Shown in pieces: positions 47,539-58,700 of a stretch of 64,000 nt of DNA. Below the pieces are notes generated by a model that worked only from the letters and a program-made list of their open reading frames with translations, was not told where the DNA came from and made no database searches. The DNA lies in assembly GCA_046765915.1 (NCBI GenBank), contig JBKPTH010000003.1, positions 63,524-127,523 on the forward strand, in the 5' to 3' direction. A program made the position numbers and the translations under genes. The DNA comes from Acidobacteriota bacterium. Its GTDB lineage: Bacteria > Acidobacteriota > Thermoanaerobaculia > Multivoradales > UBA5704. How positions within the stretch are numbered: the first letter of the stretch is position 1; each line of letters starts with the position of its first letter.

Positions 47539-48042
47539 ATGAGGATCCGATCGCGCACCCCCGCTGGAATCATCGTTGCTGTTTGCCTGTCCCTGGGCGG
47601 CGGCTTCGTGGTGGAGGCGCAGGTCCAGAAGGAGGCTGCCGTGACTCATGCGAGCGGGACTTTCGACGTCAAGGTGACCCCGCAGGCGAACGACGAAGTC
47701 GCCGGCAGCGCGACCCTTGGCCGGATGTCCATCGACAAGCAGTTCCACGGCGATCTCGAAGGGACGAGCAAGGGCGAGATGCTCACCGCCATGACGAGCG
47801 TCCAGGGCTCGGCCGGTTACGTCGCGATCGAGCGGGTGAGCGGTACGCTGCACGGCCGCAGCGGCACCTTCGTGCTCCAGCACAACGCCACCATGACGCG
47901 CGGCGCGCCGCAACTGGCGATCATCGTGGTGCCCGACTCCGGCACCGGCCAGCTCGCGGGCCTCGCCGGCAAGATGACGATCAACATCGCGGACGGCAAG
48001 CACTCCTACGAATTCGAGTACACGCTTGCCGCCGCACCTTGA
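47539..48042 (+). CDS. DUF3224-family secreted protein.
   Basis: GTFDVKVTP...GRMSIDKQFHGDLEGTSKGEMLTAMTSVQGSAGYVAIERVSGTLHGRSGTFVLQHNATMTRGAPQLAIIVVPDSGTGQLAGLAGKMTINIADGKHSYEFEYTL matches the DUF3224 consensus as I remember it. Confidence 0.65.
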   Translation: MRIRSRTPAGIIVAVCLSLGGGFVVEAQVQKEAAVTHASGTFDVKVTPQANDEVAGSATLGRMSIDKQFHGDLEGTSKGEMLTAMTSVQGSAGYVAIERVSGTLHGRSGTFVLQHNATMTRGAPQLAIIVVPDSGTGQLAGLAGKMTINIADGKHSYEFEYTLAAAP

Positions 48043-48055
48043 GGAGGTCACGATC

Positions 48056-48709
48056 ATGAAGGGCCAGCTTCGAACCCTCTCGCGATGGGCCGCCGCGGCG
48101 GGGGCCGTCCTCATCCTTGGCTCCCAGTCCTCGGCATGGGCCATGAAGGGACCCAAGATTCCGGTCGGCGACGATCCGTCGATGAAGGAGGGCTCGCCCA
48201 AGCTCGTCCTGATCGAGGTCTCGGACTTCCAGTGACCTTACTGCGGCAAGGGCGCCCGTGAGGTGCTCCCGCAGGTCTACGAGAAGTTCGTGCGCCCCGG
48301 CAAGGTCGAGCTCATCTTTCTCGATCTGCCGCTGCAGATGCACCCCTACGCCTTCCAGGCGGCCGAGGCGGCGGCCTGCGCCGGCGACCAGAAGATGTTC
48401 TGGGACATGCATCACCTCCTGTTCAACAACCAGAACGCGCTCGCTCCCGAGAAGCTCCCGGGCTATGCCGAGGAGCTCGGCCTGGACGTCGCCGCCTTCA
48501 AGACTTGTCTCTCCAGCCGGCGGCACATGCCCGACATCCAGGAGGACATGAGGTTGGCCGAGATGCTCGGCATCACCGGCACGCCGGCGTACCTCTTCGG
48601 CCGCCGGGTGCCGGGCGGCGACAAGGTCGAGATCCTCGACAGCGTCCGCGGCCTGCCGCCTTACGAGGTGATCGAGCAGAAGCTCAACGCCCTGCTGGCC
48701 GCGAAGTAG
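48056..48709 (+). CDS. DsbA-like thioredoxin-fold oxidoreductase with in-frame TGA (48233..48235) at the first active-site Cys position; candidate selenoprotein (U-P-Y-C). The alternative is a nonsense-disrupted pseudogene.
   Basis: ATG at 48056 after GAGGAGGT. Signal peptide MKGQLRTLSRWAAAAGAVLILGSQSSAWA. The N-terminal ORF (track 48026..48235) ends ...KLVLIEVSDFQ-TGA, then in the same frame PYCGKGAREVLPQVYEKFV... (track 48263..48709, GTG-initiated in the track). DsbA-family consensus is [FY]xDFxCP[HFY]C; here F-Q-[TGA]-P-Y-C. See the SECIS-like hairpin 48241..48274. Confidence 0.6.
48241..48274 (+). promoter_or_regulatory. SECIS-like stem-loop beginning 6 nt after the in-frame UGA.
   Basis: Lower stem CUGCGG / CCGCAG (48241..48246 with 48269..48274). 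Asymmetric bulge. Upper stem GCGCC / GGUGC (one G-U pair). Apical loop CGUGA (48257..48261) with G and U about 23-24 nt past the UGA. This spacing is comparable to characterised bacterial SECIS elements. Confidence 0.5.
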
Positions 48710-48713
48710 CGGC

Positions 48714-51110
48714 TCAGCGCGTCTTCTGCAGGCGCATCCTCCAGCTTAGGGAGGCGCCCGGCTTGTTGAGGCGAAAGAGATTGCGCGCCGAGTGGAACTC
48801 GAGCACCGGCCGATCATCCACATTGCGATCGCGGGCCGTGGCGCGGAGCCTCCGGATCGCCGCCTCGTCGAGGTCGGGCTGCGAAAGAAAGGCGTCGACC
48901 TGCCAGGACATGACGCCGGCGTTCTGGAGGTCGGTGGCCACGGCGGGAGGCAGCCGGCGAGGCGTCGTCGCGGGCCTGCCGAACGGCAGCGGCGCGGACG
49001 AGGCCACGATGAGCGCCACCGAGCCGTTCGTCCAGCCCGCGAAATGGTCGAACTGCGTGCTCATGGTGGCCAGGGCCGTGGCGAAATCCTCTTCGCTGAA
49101 CTCGTAGAGCGGCAGCCATTGGCAGAGCAGGCCGCCGGGACGCAGGCGCGCGCGGGCGGCGCGATAGAACTCCTCGGTGAACAGTCCTGAGACGCCGGAC
49201 ACCCAGATGTTCGGCGGCTCGCTGACGATGACGTCGAAGCGGTCCTGCCCCCGCTCGATGAAGCTCCGTCCGTCGTCGATCACCAGACGCACGCGGGGGT
49301 CGTCGAGGGCGCGGCGGTTGGCGTTGGCGAACCAGGTGTGCGTCGCCTCGACCACCAGCGGATCGAGCTCCACCAGCACGATCTCGCGGGGCTCCGGATG
49401 GGCGGTGATGCCGCTGAGCGTCGTGCCGCCCCCCAGGCCGATGTTCACCACGCGCTCCGGCCGCGGATGGAGCAGCAGAGGCAGGTGCGCCAGGAGGTAT
49501 TGCGCGAAGTTGTCCTGCACGTTGGTGGAGGCGTCGGTCTTGCCGTTGTGCTTGAGGTAGAGGTCCTGCTGGGTGCGGCTGACCGTGACCTGGCCGTAGA
49601 AACCCTGGCGCCGGAAGACGACGGTGTGAGCGGCGTTGAGCTCGCGGTACTTCGCGTAGCTGCCCTGGCGCACGCCGCTGTAGTAGAGGGCGTTCCAGGG
49701 CGGCTCGAAGCGGCGCAGCGGGGGCGTGAGCAGGAGCGCCGCCGCGGCGAGGACGCCGACCGGGAGGGCCGCGCGCCGGCGGGCCCGCGCCGGCGCCAGG
49801 CTCCAGAAGAGAACGGCGCTGCCCAGGTAGATGAGCGTCACGGCGGCGAGCAGGCCGTCGAAGCCGAGGCGCGGCAGGATCAGGAACTCTCCCGCCAGCG
49901 CTCCCGCCACCGCGCCCGCCGTATTGACGAAGTAGACGCCGCCGAGCGTGCGCGCCTCCGCGTCCCGGCGCGGCGTGAGCAGGCGGACGACGGCGGGGAA
50001 GTTCGCGCCCATCGCCAGGGTCGCCAGCGCCACCAGGGCGAAGACGGTGAGGTAGACGCCGAGTTGGAAGCCCGCATAGCTCCTGGCGCTCTCGAAAAGC
50101 GTGAGGTAGATGCGCTCGAAGATCTCGCGGGTGCGGAAGACGAGCACGCCGCCGAGGGCCACCGCCGTCTGCAGAAAGGCGATCAGAACGGTCGTGTCGC
50201 CGCCGCGCTCGAGCCGCCGGCGCACGGCGGCGCTGCCGAGCCCGATGCCGGTGAGGAAGCCGGCGAGGACGGTGCTGAGCGAGAAGATGCTCGTGCCGTT
50301 GAGCAGGTAGAAGAAGCGGTTCCAGCCGGTCTCGAGCAGGAGCGCGGCGCCGCCGGTCAAAAAGAAGGACGCGAGAACGGCTCGCCGTGCGCCGGCGCTC
50401 AACTCGGGCGCCGGTCTGGCGCTCGCCGCCGCTTTCCCGCGCGCGCCTTTTTTCTTGCGTTGCCCGGCGGGCGGCTCTGTCTTCCCCGTCGCCGCCAGCG
50501 GGCCGCTGCGCAGGACGAGCGCGGCCATCCCGAGCGCGCCGGCGCCCAGCACCCAGGTCGAGGCCGTGAGGCCGAGCCGCGGCACCAGCACGAAGCCGCC
50601 GAGCAGGGCGCCGCCCGCCGCGCCCAGGGTGTCCGCGGCATAGAGCGCCGCCACGGCGCCGGCCGAGACGCGGCTGTAGAGCTGGGTGGCCAGCGGCAGG
50701 ATGGCGCCGATGGCGAAGGTCGGCGGCAGCAGGACCAGGACGAGGAGAGGCAGCCGCGCCGCCGCCCGTGCGGCCTCTGCCAGGCCGCCGGGCGCCAGGG
50801 CGAGGAAGAGCGAGCGCGCCGCGCCGAGCAGCGGCAGGCTCAGGGCGCACAGCACGCCGAGCGCTGCCAGCAAGATAGCCAGCCAGCGTTCCGGACGTTC
50901 GGCCCTGGCCGCCCGCCGGCCGCCCCATGCGGCGCCGCAGGCGAGGCCGGCGAGCACCACCGCCAGCACGCTGGCGAACACTCCGGCGGTGGCGCCGAAG
51001 AGCAGGTTGACCTTGCGCACCCAGACCACCTGGGCGGCGAGCGATACGAGGTTGGCGTAGAAGACCGCGGCGATGAGAGTGCCGCGGTTGGAAATCCGGA
51101 AGGTCGGCAT
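48714..51110 (-). CDS. Fusion protein: N-terminal polytopic membrane domain + C-terminal spermidine-synthase-like (aminopropyltransferase fold) domain.
   Basis: 798 aa with ~12 predicted TM helices. C-terminal VNIGLGGGTTLSGI...REIVLVELDPLVVEA...DDPRVRLVIDDGRSFI...RFDVIVSEPPNIW matches the SpeE signature layout. Confidence 0.75.
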   Translation of the reverse strand: MPTFRISNRGTLIAAVFYANLVSLAAQVVWVRKVNLLFGATAGVFASVLAVVLAGLACGAAWGGRRAARAERPERWLAILLAALGVLCALSLPLLGAARSLFLALAPGGLAEAARAAARLPLLVLVLLPPTFAIGAILPLATQLYSRVSAGAVAALYAADTLGAAGGALLGGFVLVPRLGLTASTWVLGAGALGMAALVLRSGPLAATGKTEPPAGQRKKKGARGKAAASARPAPELSAGARRAVLASFFLTGGAALLLETGWNRFFYLLNGTSIFSLSTVLAGFLTGIGLGSAAVRRRLERGGDTTVLIAFLQTAVALGGVLVFRTREIFERIYLTLFESARSYAGFQLGVYLTVFALVALATLAMGANFPAVVRLLTPRRDAEARTLGGVYFVNTAGAVAGALAGEFLILPRLGFDGLLAAVTLIYLGSAVLFWSLAPARARRRAALPVGVLAAAALLLTPPLRRFEPPWNALYYSGVRQGSYAKYRELNAAHTVVFRRQGFYGQVTVSRTQQDLYLKHNGKTDASTNVQDNFAQYLLAHLPLLLHPRPERVVNIGLGGGTTLSGITAHPEPREIVLVELDPLVVEATHTWFANANRRALDDPRVRLVIDDGRSFIERGQDRFDVIVSEPPNIWVSGVSGLFTEEFYRAARARLRPGGLLCQWLPLYEFSEEDFATALATMSTQFDHFAGWTNGSVALIVASSAPLPFGRPATTPRRLPPAVATDLQNAGVMSWQVDAFLSQPDLDEAAIRRLRATARDRNVDDRPVLEFHSARNLFRLNKPGASLSWRMRLQKTR

Positions 51111-51119
51111 CGGTAAATC

Positions 51120-51527
51120 CTAGATGACGCGGATCTCGATAAGGCTCTGCAGCCCCTCGAAATCTTCCATGTTCCGGGTATACAGCGGGAGGTGATTGGC
51201 CAGCGCGGCGGCCGCAATCCAGAGATCCATGACGCGAGCCCGCGGCTGGCGACCGGCGGTCTTGACCGCATGGGCGATGGTCGCGAAGGCTCGGGCTACT
51301 CCGGCATCAATGGAAATCGGTTGAAAGGTCGCCTCGATCACGCCCAGGCGGCGAAGCCGATGTTGCCGCGTCTCGTCATCTTTGGCGGCGAGGACGCCGT
51401 AATGCAACTCCGCCAGAGTTACAACGGAAATCGCGACCTCCTGGGGTAGAGACGCCTCGATGCCGGAGTCCTCCTCGCGCGCGATCAGCACGGAGGTGTC
51501 GAGAAGACCCCGGCTCAACGCTTCCAC
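51120..51527 (-). CDS. vapC: PIN-domain toxin (VapC-like).
   Basis: GTG start. LLDTSVLI (Asp1), TLAELHYG, DLWIAAAALANHLPLYTRNMEDF (conserved acidic residues of the PIN fold). Confidence 0.8.
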   Translation of the reverse strand: MEALSRGLLDTSVLIAREEDSGIEASLPQEVAISVVTLAELHYGVLAAKDDETRQHRLRRLGVIEATFQPISIDAGVARAFATIAHAVKTAGRQPRARVMDLWIAAAALANHLPLYTRNMEDFEGLQSLIEIRVI

Positions 51528-51772
51528 GGGTCTCCAAGGTCCTTCAACAGACCGCCCATATCTCCGAGATCCTCGAAGAAGGTCGGATCAGGACCTTGGG
51601 AGCGAAGGACGCGCAGGACCTCCGTTCTCGGCACCCACTGGCGCTTCTGGTAAGGGCTGAGCACGGCGACGGGACGGCCATCCACGGTGATCGCGAATTG
51701 CTGTCCAGCTTCAGCCTGCCGCAGGATTTCGCCGCTGTGGTTCCTCAGCTCGCGCTGTGCAATCGTCTTCAT
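51515..51772 (-). CDS. Antitoxin (Phd/YefM- or VapB-like, 85 aa).
   Basis: MKTIAQRELRNHSGEILRQAEAGQQFAITVDGRPVAVLSPY... overlaps the vapC start by 13 nt. The long ORF-track entry 51515..53269 is otherwise antisense to the lyase gene. Confidence 0.7.
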   Translation of the reverse strand: MKTIAQRELRNHSGEILRQAEAGQQFAITVDGRPVAVLSPYQKRQWVPRTEVLRVLRSQGPDPTFFEDLGDMGGLLKDLGDPWKR

Positions 51773-51874
51773 GAGGGGGAGTGTAGCATAAGCGCTACAG
51801 AGGGGATTTTCCGGAAGTTCGATACGATAGCCGCCGCTGTTGTGGGGTTTTTCACCCTTCGACTCAGGAGAGCC

Positions 51875-53293
<1,419 letters not shown>

Positions 53294-53710
53294 TCAGCGG
53301 GAGGTCGTATCCCGCCGCCGGCCGATCTCGATGAGCACCAGCAGGGCGAGGCCGGCGAGGAAGACGGCCGAGCCCAGCAGGCGGTCGGAGCGCGAGAGCG
53401 AGGCGTTGGGCAGCACGGACGAAGCGTTCAGCGCCAGACCGAGCAGGAGAACGGCCATCAGCAGCCACTCGCCGGGCGACCGGGAGGGGAAGGCGAAGCG
53501 CCAGATCCTGCCGCTGCGCCGCGTCCAGAGGGACCAGGCCGTCTCGGGCTCAGCCGCCGGCGGTGGCTCCGCGGGTTGCGGTGCGCGAGCCGGGGGGCCC
53601 AGATCCAGGGTGGCGTCGAGGCGTTGGGATGGAGCGGAGGACGGGCGCCGCGCGCGGCGGCGCCGGGTGACCGAGTCGGGGAGAGACGAGGCGCGATGGG
53701 GTTCGGCCAT
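53294..53710 (-). CDS. Hypothetical membrane protein (2 C-terminal TM helices).
   Basis: Start MAEPHRASS... with GGAG upstream. Pro/Arg-rich N-terminus. LLMAVLLLGLALNASSVL / AVFLAGLALLVLIEIG. Confidence 0.45.
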   Translation of the reverse strand: MAEPHRASSLPDSVTRRRRARRPSSAPSQRLDATLDLGPPARAPQPAEPPPAAEPETAWSLWTRRSGRIWRFAFPSRSPGEWLLMAVLLLGLALNASSVLPNASLSRSDRLLGSAVFLAGLALLVLIEIGRRRDTTSR

Positions 53711-53838
53711 GTTCGGGGCCTCCACTCTCCTAGTGACGGCCCGGCCGAGAACATTTCACGACTCCAGGTAAGCAAGAAAAAAGGAGGACGCCCGGGAGGA
53801 GGCGCCCGGTTGAGGTATGAGCCTGAGGGAGATCCGTC

Positions 53839-54081
53839 CTACTTGTGCCTCTCGGTTTTGATCACGCAGCCGGTGCCATCCATTCCCAGGCTCAAGTTCA
53901 GGCCTAGACCCTTGCCAACGGAGATAACCAAGGATTGTCCAGGCGCGAGGGTCCACTGGACCGGTCTTATCATTCCCTTGGTGTCGCGAGGCGGGGGGCC
54001 CCCGGGCGAGATCTTGACCGTCGTGTCGTCGTCGGCGGCGTCCTTGGTCGCATCATTGGCGGCGCTCTTTTCGGGGTACAT
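53839..54081 (-). CDS. Small hypothetical protein (80 aa) downstream of the anti-sigma gene.
   Basis: Strong RBS GGGAGGAAACTGTC then ATG. MYPEKSAANDATKDAADDDTTVKISPGGPPPRDTKGMIRPVQWTLAPGQSLVISVGKGLGLNLSLGMDGTGCVIKTERHK. Confidence 0.5.
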   Translation of the reverse strand: MYPEKSAANDATKDAADDDTTVKISPGGPPPRDTKGMIRPVQWTLAPGQSLVISVGKGLGLNLSLGMDGTGCVIKTERHK

Positions 54082-54141
54082 GACAGTTTCCTCCCAATGA
54101 AAATCCGCCGGCTAGGCGGGCAAGATGAGCTGATGGGCAGA

Positions 54142-55047
54142 TCACTGATTCTCCCGAAGGACTTCGAACTTCGTGGTGAGCGTTTCGGTTCCAGCCGTGA
54201 CCGCCAGGTCGTAGAGTCCCGTGGTAAGGCGCTGCGCCGGGATCTTCAGGACGAGGGCCGTGCCCCAATCCAGCCGTTTCGGCGTCAGGCCTTTCTTTTC
54301 CCATACGGTCCCCTCGGTCTCGCTCTTCACGGCCGCGTCGAACGATCTATAATCCTCCAATCCTTCTAGATCGACTTGGATCTCGACGAGTTCCGCGTTC
54401 GCCGGAATGGCGGATTTCTGGACGTCTTCGGCTCCGCGCAGGGTAGCCAGGGAGAGCACGAAGACGGTCTTGACGGGCTCGTGCCGAGAAGCCTGCTCCT
54501 CCTGTTGGGGCGTCGTCGGCTCGGGTGGCGGCTGCGGAACTGTCGGCTCAGGTGGCGGCTGCGGAACCGGCTGCTTGGGCGGCGGCTGCAGAACCGGCTG
54601 CTTGGGTGGCGGCTGCGGAGGGGGATTCGGCTGGAGGTTGTCTCGCCTCGGCAGGCCGAGTACCAACAGGAGAACTGCGGCGGCGGCCAGAGCGGCCCAA
54701 CGACTCGTCGTGAGCCGCGGAAACAGGGCGGTACGGCGGCGGAAAGGCACCACGGAAACCGCCGTCCGCTGGGCTTCCCGGGCGGCCGTGTTGAGGGAGC
54801 GCGCAAGGGCAAGGCGTCCCTCCCCTGCGGGAGATGAGGCGAGACGGCGGCGCACCTGCTCCTTCTCCGCTGCGGTAAGCTCGCCCCGATCGTAGGCGGC
54901 CAGGAGGTCAGCCTCCAGCGCCTCGCAGAGGTCGAAGAGCTCGTCGTCCTCGATCAGCCCCTGTTCGAGGCGGTCCATTTCTTCTTCCGGGAGCTCGCCG
55001 AGGAGATAGCTCCTCAGAAGCTCGGTGTTTTGTAGGTCTCCATCCAT
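54142..55047 (-). CDS. Anti-sigma factor (N-terminal anti-sigma domain, TM helix, Pro-rich linker, C-terminal periplasmic domain).
   Basis: MDGDLQNTELLRSYLLGELPEEEMDRLEQ... (anti-sigma N-terminal motif). TM WAALAAAAVLLLVLGL. PPQPPPKQPVLQPPPKQPVPQPPPEP linker. RBS GGAGGAGG. Confidence 0.75.
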   Translation of the reverse strand: MDGDLQNTELLRSYLLGELPEEEMDRLEQGLIEDDELFDLCEALEADLLAAYDRGELTAAEKEQVRRRLASSPAGEGRLALARSLNTAAREAQRTAVSVVPFRRRTALFPRLTTSRWAALAAAAVLLLVLGLPRRDNLQPNPPPQPPPKQPVLQPPPKQPVPQPPPEPTVPQPPPEPTTPQQEEQASRHEPVKTVFVLSLATLRGAEDVQKSAIPANAELVEIQVDLEGLEDYRSFDAAVKSETEGTVWEKKGLTPKRLDWGTALVLKIPAQRLTTGLYDLAVTAGTETLTTKFEVLRENQ

Positions 55048-55126
55048 AAGATCCAGGCCTCCTCCTCTCCAATCTCAATGACGAGTGCTCGCCAACACGA
55101 AAACATTTCGCGGGAGAAGGATCCCG

Positions 55127-55738
55127 TCAGTGTTCGAGATACTTGTGGACACAGCCCTCCAGCTTGCGGCGAACGCGGTGAACCCGGATGCGCAGCGCGT
55201 TGAGCTCGATTCCCATCTCCTGGGCGAGAGTCTGCCGGTTCCGGATGTTGTCCTCCCCTTGGTGGTAGCGGAGCATCAGGTCCCTCTCGTTCTCGGCCAG
55301 TTTGGCGAGGCACCGGCGAAGGCATTCGAGGAGGGGATCGTCGGCCTCGGGCACAGGCGGAGGTGGAGGCCATCCGCCGCTCTCCAAAGCTCGGCGTTGT
55401 CGTGAAGATTGCCGCAGAACCTCCTTGTAGACGAGATGGGCAACGCCACAGAAATACCCATAGGGATCGCTCGACCGGAGCTTGACCCCTTCCGCTATAC
55501 GGCGCGAGACGCGGTTGATGGTCTCGTCCGCCAGGTCTTCGGGAGCCTCGCACCCACGCCACTCGAAGAGCCGGATGAGCCTGCGACGGATCTCCTCGTA
55601 GAGTCTGGCCGCCCGGTCGCGGTCGTCCGGATCGAGCTGCGCGAGGAGCGCCTCGAAACCTTCCTTGGTCAAGCCTCGCGGCTGGCGCGGGGGCTTGCCA
55701 TTCTTCCCATTCTCGCCATTCCCTCTCGTCACCTCCAT
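55127..55738 (-). CDS. ECF sigma factor.
   Basis: Start MEVTRGNG... Region 2 (ARLYEEIRRRLIRLFEWRG..., DPYGYFCGVAHLVYKEV) and region 4 (ENERDLMLRYHQGEDNIRNRQTLAQEMGIELNALRIRVHRVRRKL). Overlaps the 3' end of the TPR-CHAT gene by ~10 nt. Confidence 0.8.
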   Translation of the reverse strand: MEVTRGNGENGKNGKPPRQPRGLTKEGFEALLAQLDPDDRDRAARLYEEIRRRLIRLFEWRGCEAPEDLADETINRVSRRIAEGVKLRSSDPYGYFCGVAHLVYKEVLRQSSRQRRALESGGWPPPPPVPEADDPLLECLRRCLAKLAENERDLMLRYHQGEDNIRNRQTLAQEMGIELNALRIRVHRVRRKLEGCVHKYLEH

Positions 55739-58700
55739 TCTCCCTGCAGTGAGAACCCGGCCCAATAGAAGGGCGATCTCCAACTCGGCTTGCGCGCCAC
55801 TTCGAGCTGTGCCTGACGCAGGGCGGCAGCGGGCGAGAGTCCGTCGCGGAGCATGCCGCGATAGAAGGTCGTCATCAGCTCGGCGGTGGCCCGGTCCTCG
55901 ACGCTCCACAGGCTGGCGAGCACGCGCGCGGCGCCGGCGTACATGAAGCCGCGCGTCAGTCCCACCAGCCCCTCGCCGCGGATCTCTTTGCCGAGGGCTG
56001 TCTGGCAGGCCGAGAGCACGACCAGGTCGGCCCGAAGGCGGAGGCTGTAGATGTCGCTGAGCCGCAAGTATCCATCCTGGTGTTGGCCGTTCTCATCGTA
56101 GAGGGACATCACCAGACGCGAGAGCTCCGGACGCTCGGTTTCGATGACACCGTGGGTGGCGAAGTGAACGGTGCGGAAGAGATTCAATCTGCCGTCCGTC
56201 ACGGCGGACCGCGAGGCGGCACAGCCTACCGCCTTGAAAACCTCTTCCGGAGGAAGGAGCGCCGCGATCGCGTCCGCCTCTTTCCCCGAAGCACGCAGAC
56301 GGCGAAGATCGGGTTCCACGGTCGATTCCGGAGCCTGGCCTCCCCGCGTTTGTTCCACGGATGTGGATGGCAGCGCGGACGGCCCTTCCGTGCTTGGGCT
56401 GTGCGAAATCCGCTTGTCGTCCGGCTCGAAGACCGGATCCGCGAAGATGGCCAGCCTCCGGGGTGCCGGCTGCCGGTCGCGAAGCTCGCGCCGCAGCACG
56501 GCCAACACGGAGGCGGAAGGCAGATTCACGATCTCGTGGCCGCTGACGAGAGGTTCTCCAGTCGAGGGGAGAGGCAACGCCGCGAACGGCACGTACTGCA
56601 GCGCGCCGTCAGCCACGATCAGCAGCGGACGATCGCCGAGGAGCGGCTCGGCCGGTTGGAGGATCAGCCGGGATAGGTCGCGGGCCACTTCCTCGACTTT
56701 GAGGTCGGCGGCGCGCCGCTCCTGCGCCGGAGGGCGCCCGCTGCGTACGGTGAGGAGCTGGTAATAGTCGCGGGCCGCCGCTTCGATCCGCGCACGCCCC
56801 GGCAGCTCGAAGCTGGCAAAGGAGTCGGCGGTGACAGCCCAGAGGAAGCTCTTCTCGACACCGAGGGAGTACTCGAGCAGCAGAGCCCCGCCATCCAGCA
56901 CCTGGCGCTGGATCTCCTCCAGGCTGAGGGGCTGCGCCTGGGTGAGCGCGGCATAGCGAGGGCTGCTCTGGCGCAGCTCCACCTGGGCTCGCCGATACGC
57001 ATCGAGGGCCTCTTGGAGCCTCCGCCGGGCTTCCGCCAGCTTCTCGGAGTCCGAGTTTTCCTGCTTCAGCAGCTCACGCAGATGGTAGTCGCGGGCGCTG
57101 AGGTCCTGCCGGGTTTGCCGCTCTCTTTCGAGGACGGCGGGCTCCGCTCCCAGATCGATCTGGGCTTGCGCTTCGTTCAGGATCTCGAGCAGGCTGCGCG
57201 CGCGGGCCCGCTCGCTCGCTCGCAGGGCCTCCGCCGCAAACCCCTCCATCGGCCTTTGTACATGGAGAGCCATCAGGGTGTTCATCTGGAGCTCGTAGAT
57301 CTCCTGCGTGGAGGCCAGGAAAGAGGTCTTCGTATCCGGGTCGACCAGTCGACCACGCCACAACTCGATCAAGTCGAGGATGGGACGGAGCCGCGAGAGG
57401 GTGCCATCCAGGTCGCCGCCTTCCCGGGCCAACCGCGCCAGGTCAAGGTTGATCTCGGCCTCGCGGCCGCGATCTCCCCGCCGGCCGGCGAAGGATAGCG
57501 CCTGCAAGAGCTCGGCTTCGGCGGCGGCTTTGTCGCCCAGATCCCGCAGGACGCTTCCCAGCGCGTAATGCGACATGGCCTGCTCTTCCCGCGTTCCGTC
57601 CAGGCTGACCGCTTCGCGAGCCCAAGCCGCCGCCTGCGTCGGCTGCTCCCCCCGCAGGAGGAGCGCGAGCCTCGCGAGCGCGAAGACTTGGATTTTCCGA
57701 TTCCCGATCTGGCGTCCCAAGGCCAAAGCCCGGCTGAGAGAGTCCCGCGCTTCTGCGAGCTCCCGGCGATGGCTGTAGACGTCCGCCAGATTGATCAGGA
57801 TCGTAGCGGTCATCCCGCGATCACCGGTCGAGACGGTCATGTCCAGGGCGGCCTTGTAACGATCGAAAGCCTTCTCCCATTCACCGAGAACGCGGTGGGT
57901 GCCGCCCAGGTTGGTCAGGATTCTGATCTCTGCCGAGCGGTTGGAGGATTGGCGGGCCAGGGTCAGAGCTTGTGTGTAGAGCCCGAGGGCAGTCTGCATC
58001 TCACCGAGATGGTCATAACCGATCGCCAGATTGTTCAGCACGTTGAACTCTGTCGTAAGATTTCCGGACTGCTGCGCCTTCTCGAGAGCCTGGCGCTGCA
58101 GGTCCACCCCTTGCCGACTCTCGCCCGCTTCGTCGGCGAGCCGGCCGAGGAGGTACAGGTTATCCGCCTGCAGCCCGGCTTCTCCCAACTCGCGGGCCAG
58201 GTCGAGCGCCTGATCGTGCGCTGCTCGGGCCTCCTCGGGACGATTGAGATTCCACAAACAGCGTCCGACCCAGGTGAGCGCTTCGGCCTGGAAAACCCTG
58301 CTCCGGCGGCTGGTCTGACCGCCCCAGTCCACCGCGGCCTGACGGAAGTCCGCTAATGCCTGGTCGGTTGCCGATTTGTAGCGGAGACGGCCAAGGCGGT
58401 AGAGGATCTCCGCGCCCTTTTCCCGGTCGCCCACTTGACGCCAGAGGGTAAGAGCGTGCTCGAAAGATCCGATCCGATCATCCGAGGAGAGGGCGTCCCA
58501 GGTAGCCCGGACCGCTGTGGCCCTCACCTGGTCCGCCTCGGTCGGTTTTCTTGGACCCTCGACTCTCAGGAAGTAACGGCCGGAGCCCTCGCCCGAAGCG
58601 TTCACCTCGAGCCGGTAGGACCCTGGGTTCGCTGCCACGACAGCGAGCTCCTGAGCGTCATCCGCATAGTCGTCGGGTCCTGGGGAATCCGCCCCGGTCA

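Noticed and set aside
49338-51116. 592-aa plus-strand ORF and 48814..50928 minus alternative frame
   Set aside because: They are antisense or off-frame to the SpeE-like membrane protein, whose TM and SpeE motifs are clear. The composition is an extreme R/G/A/E bias.
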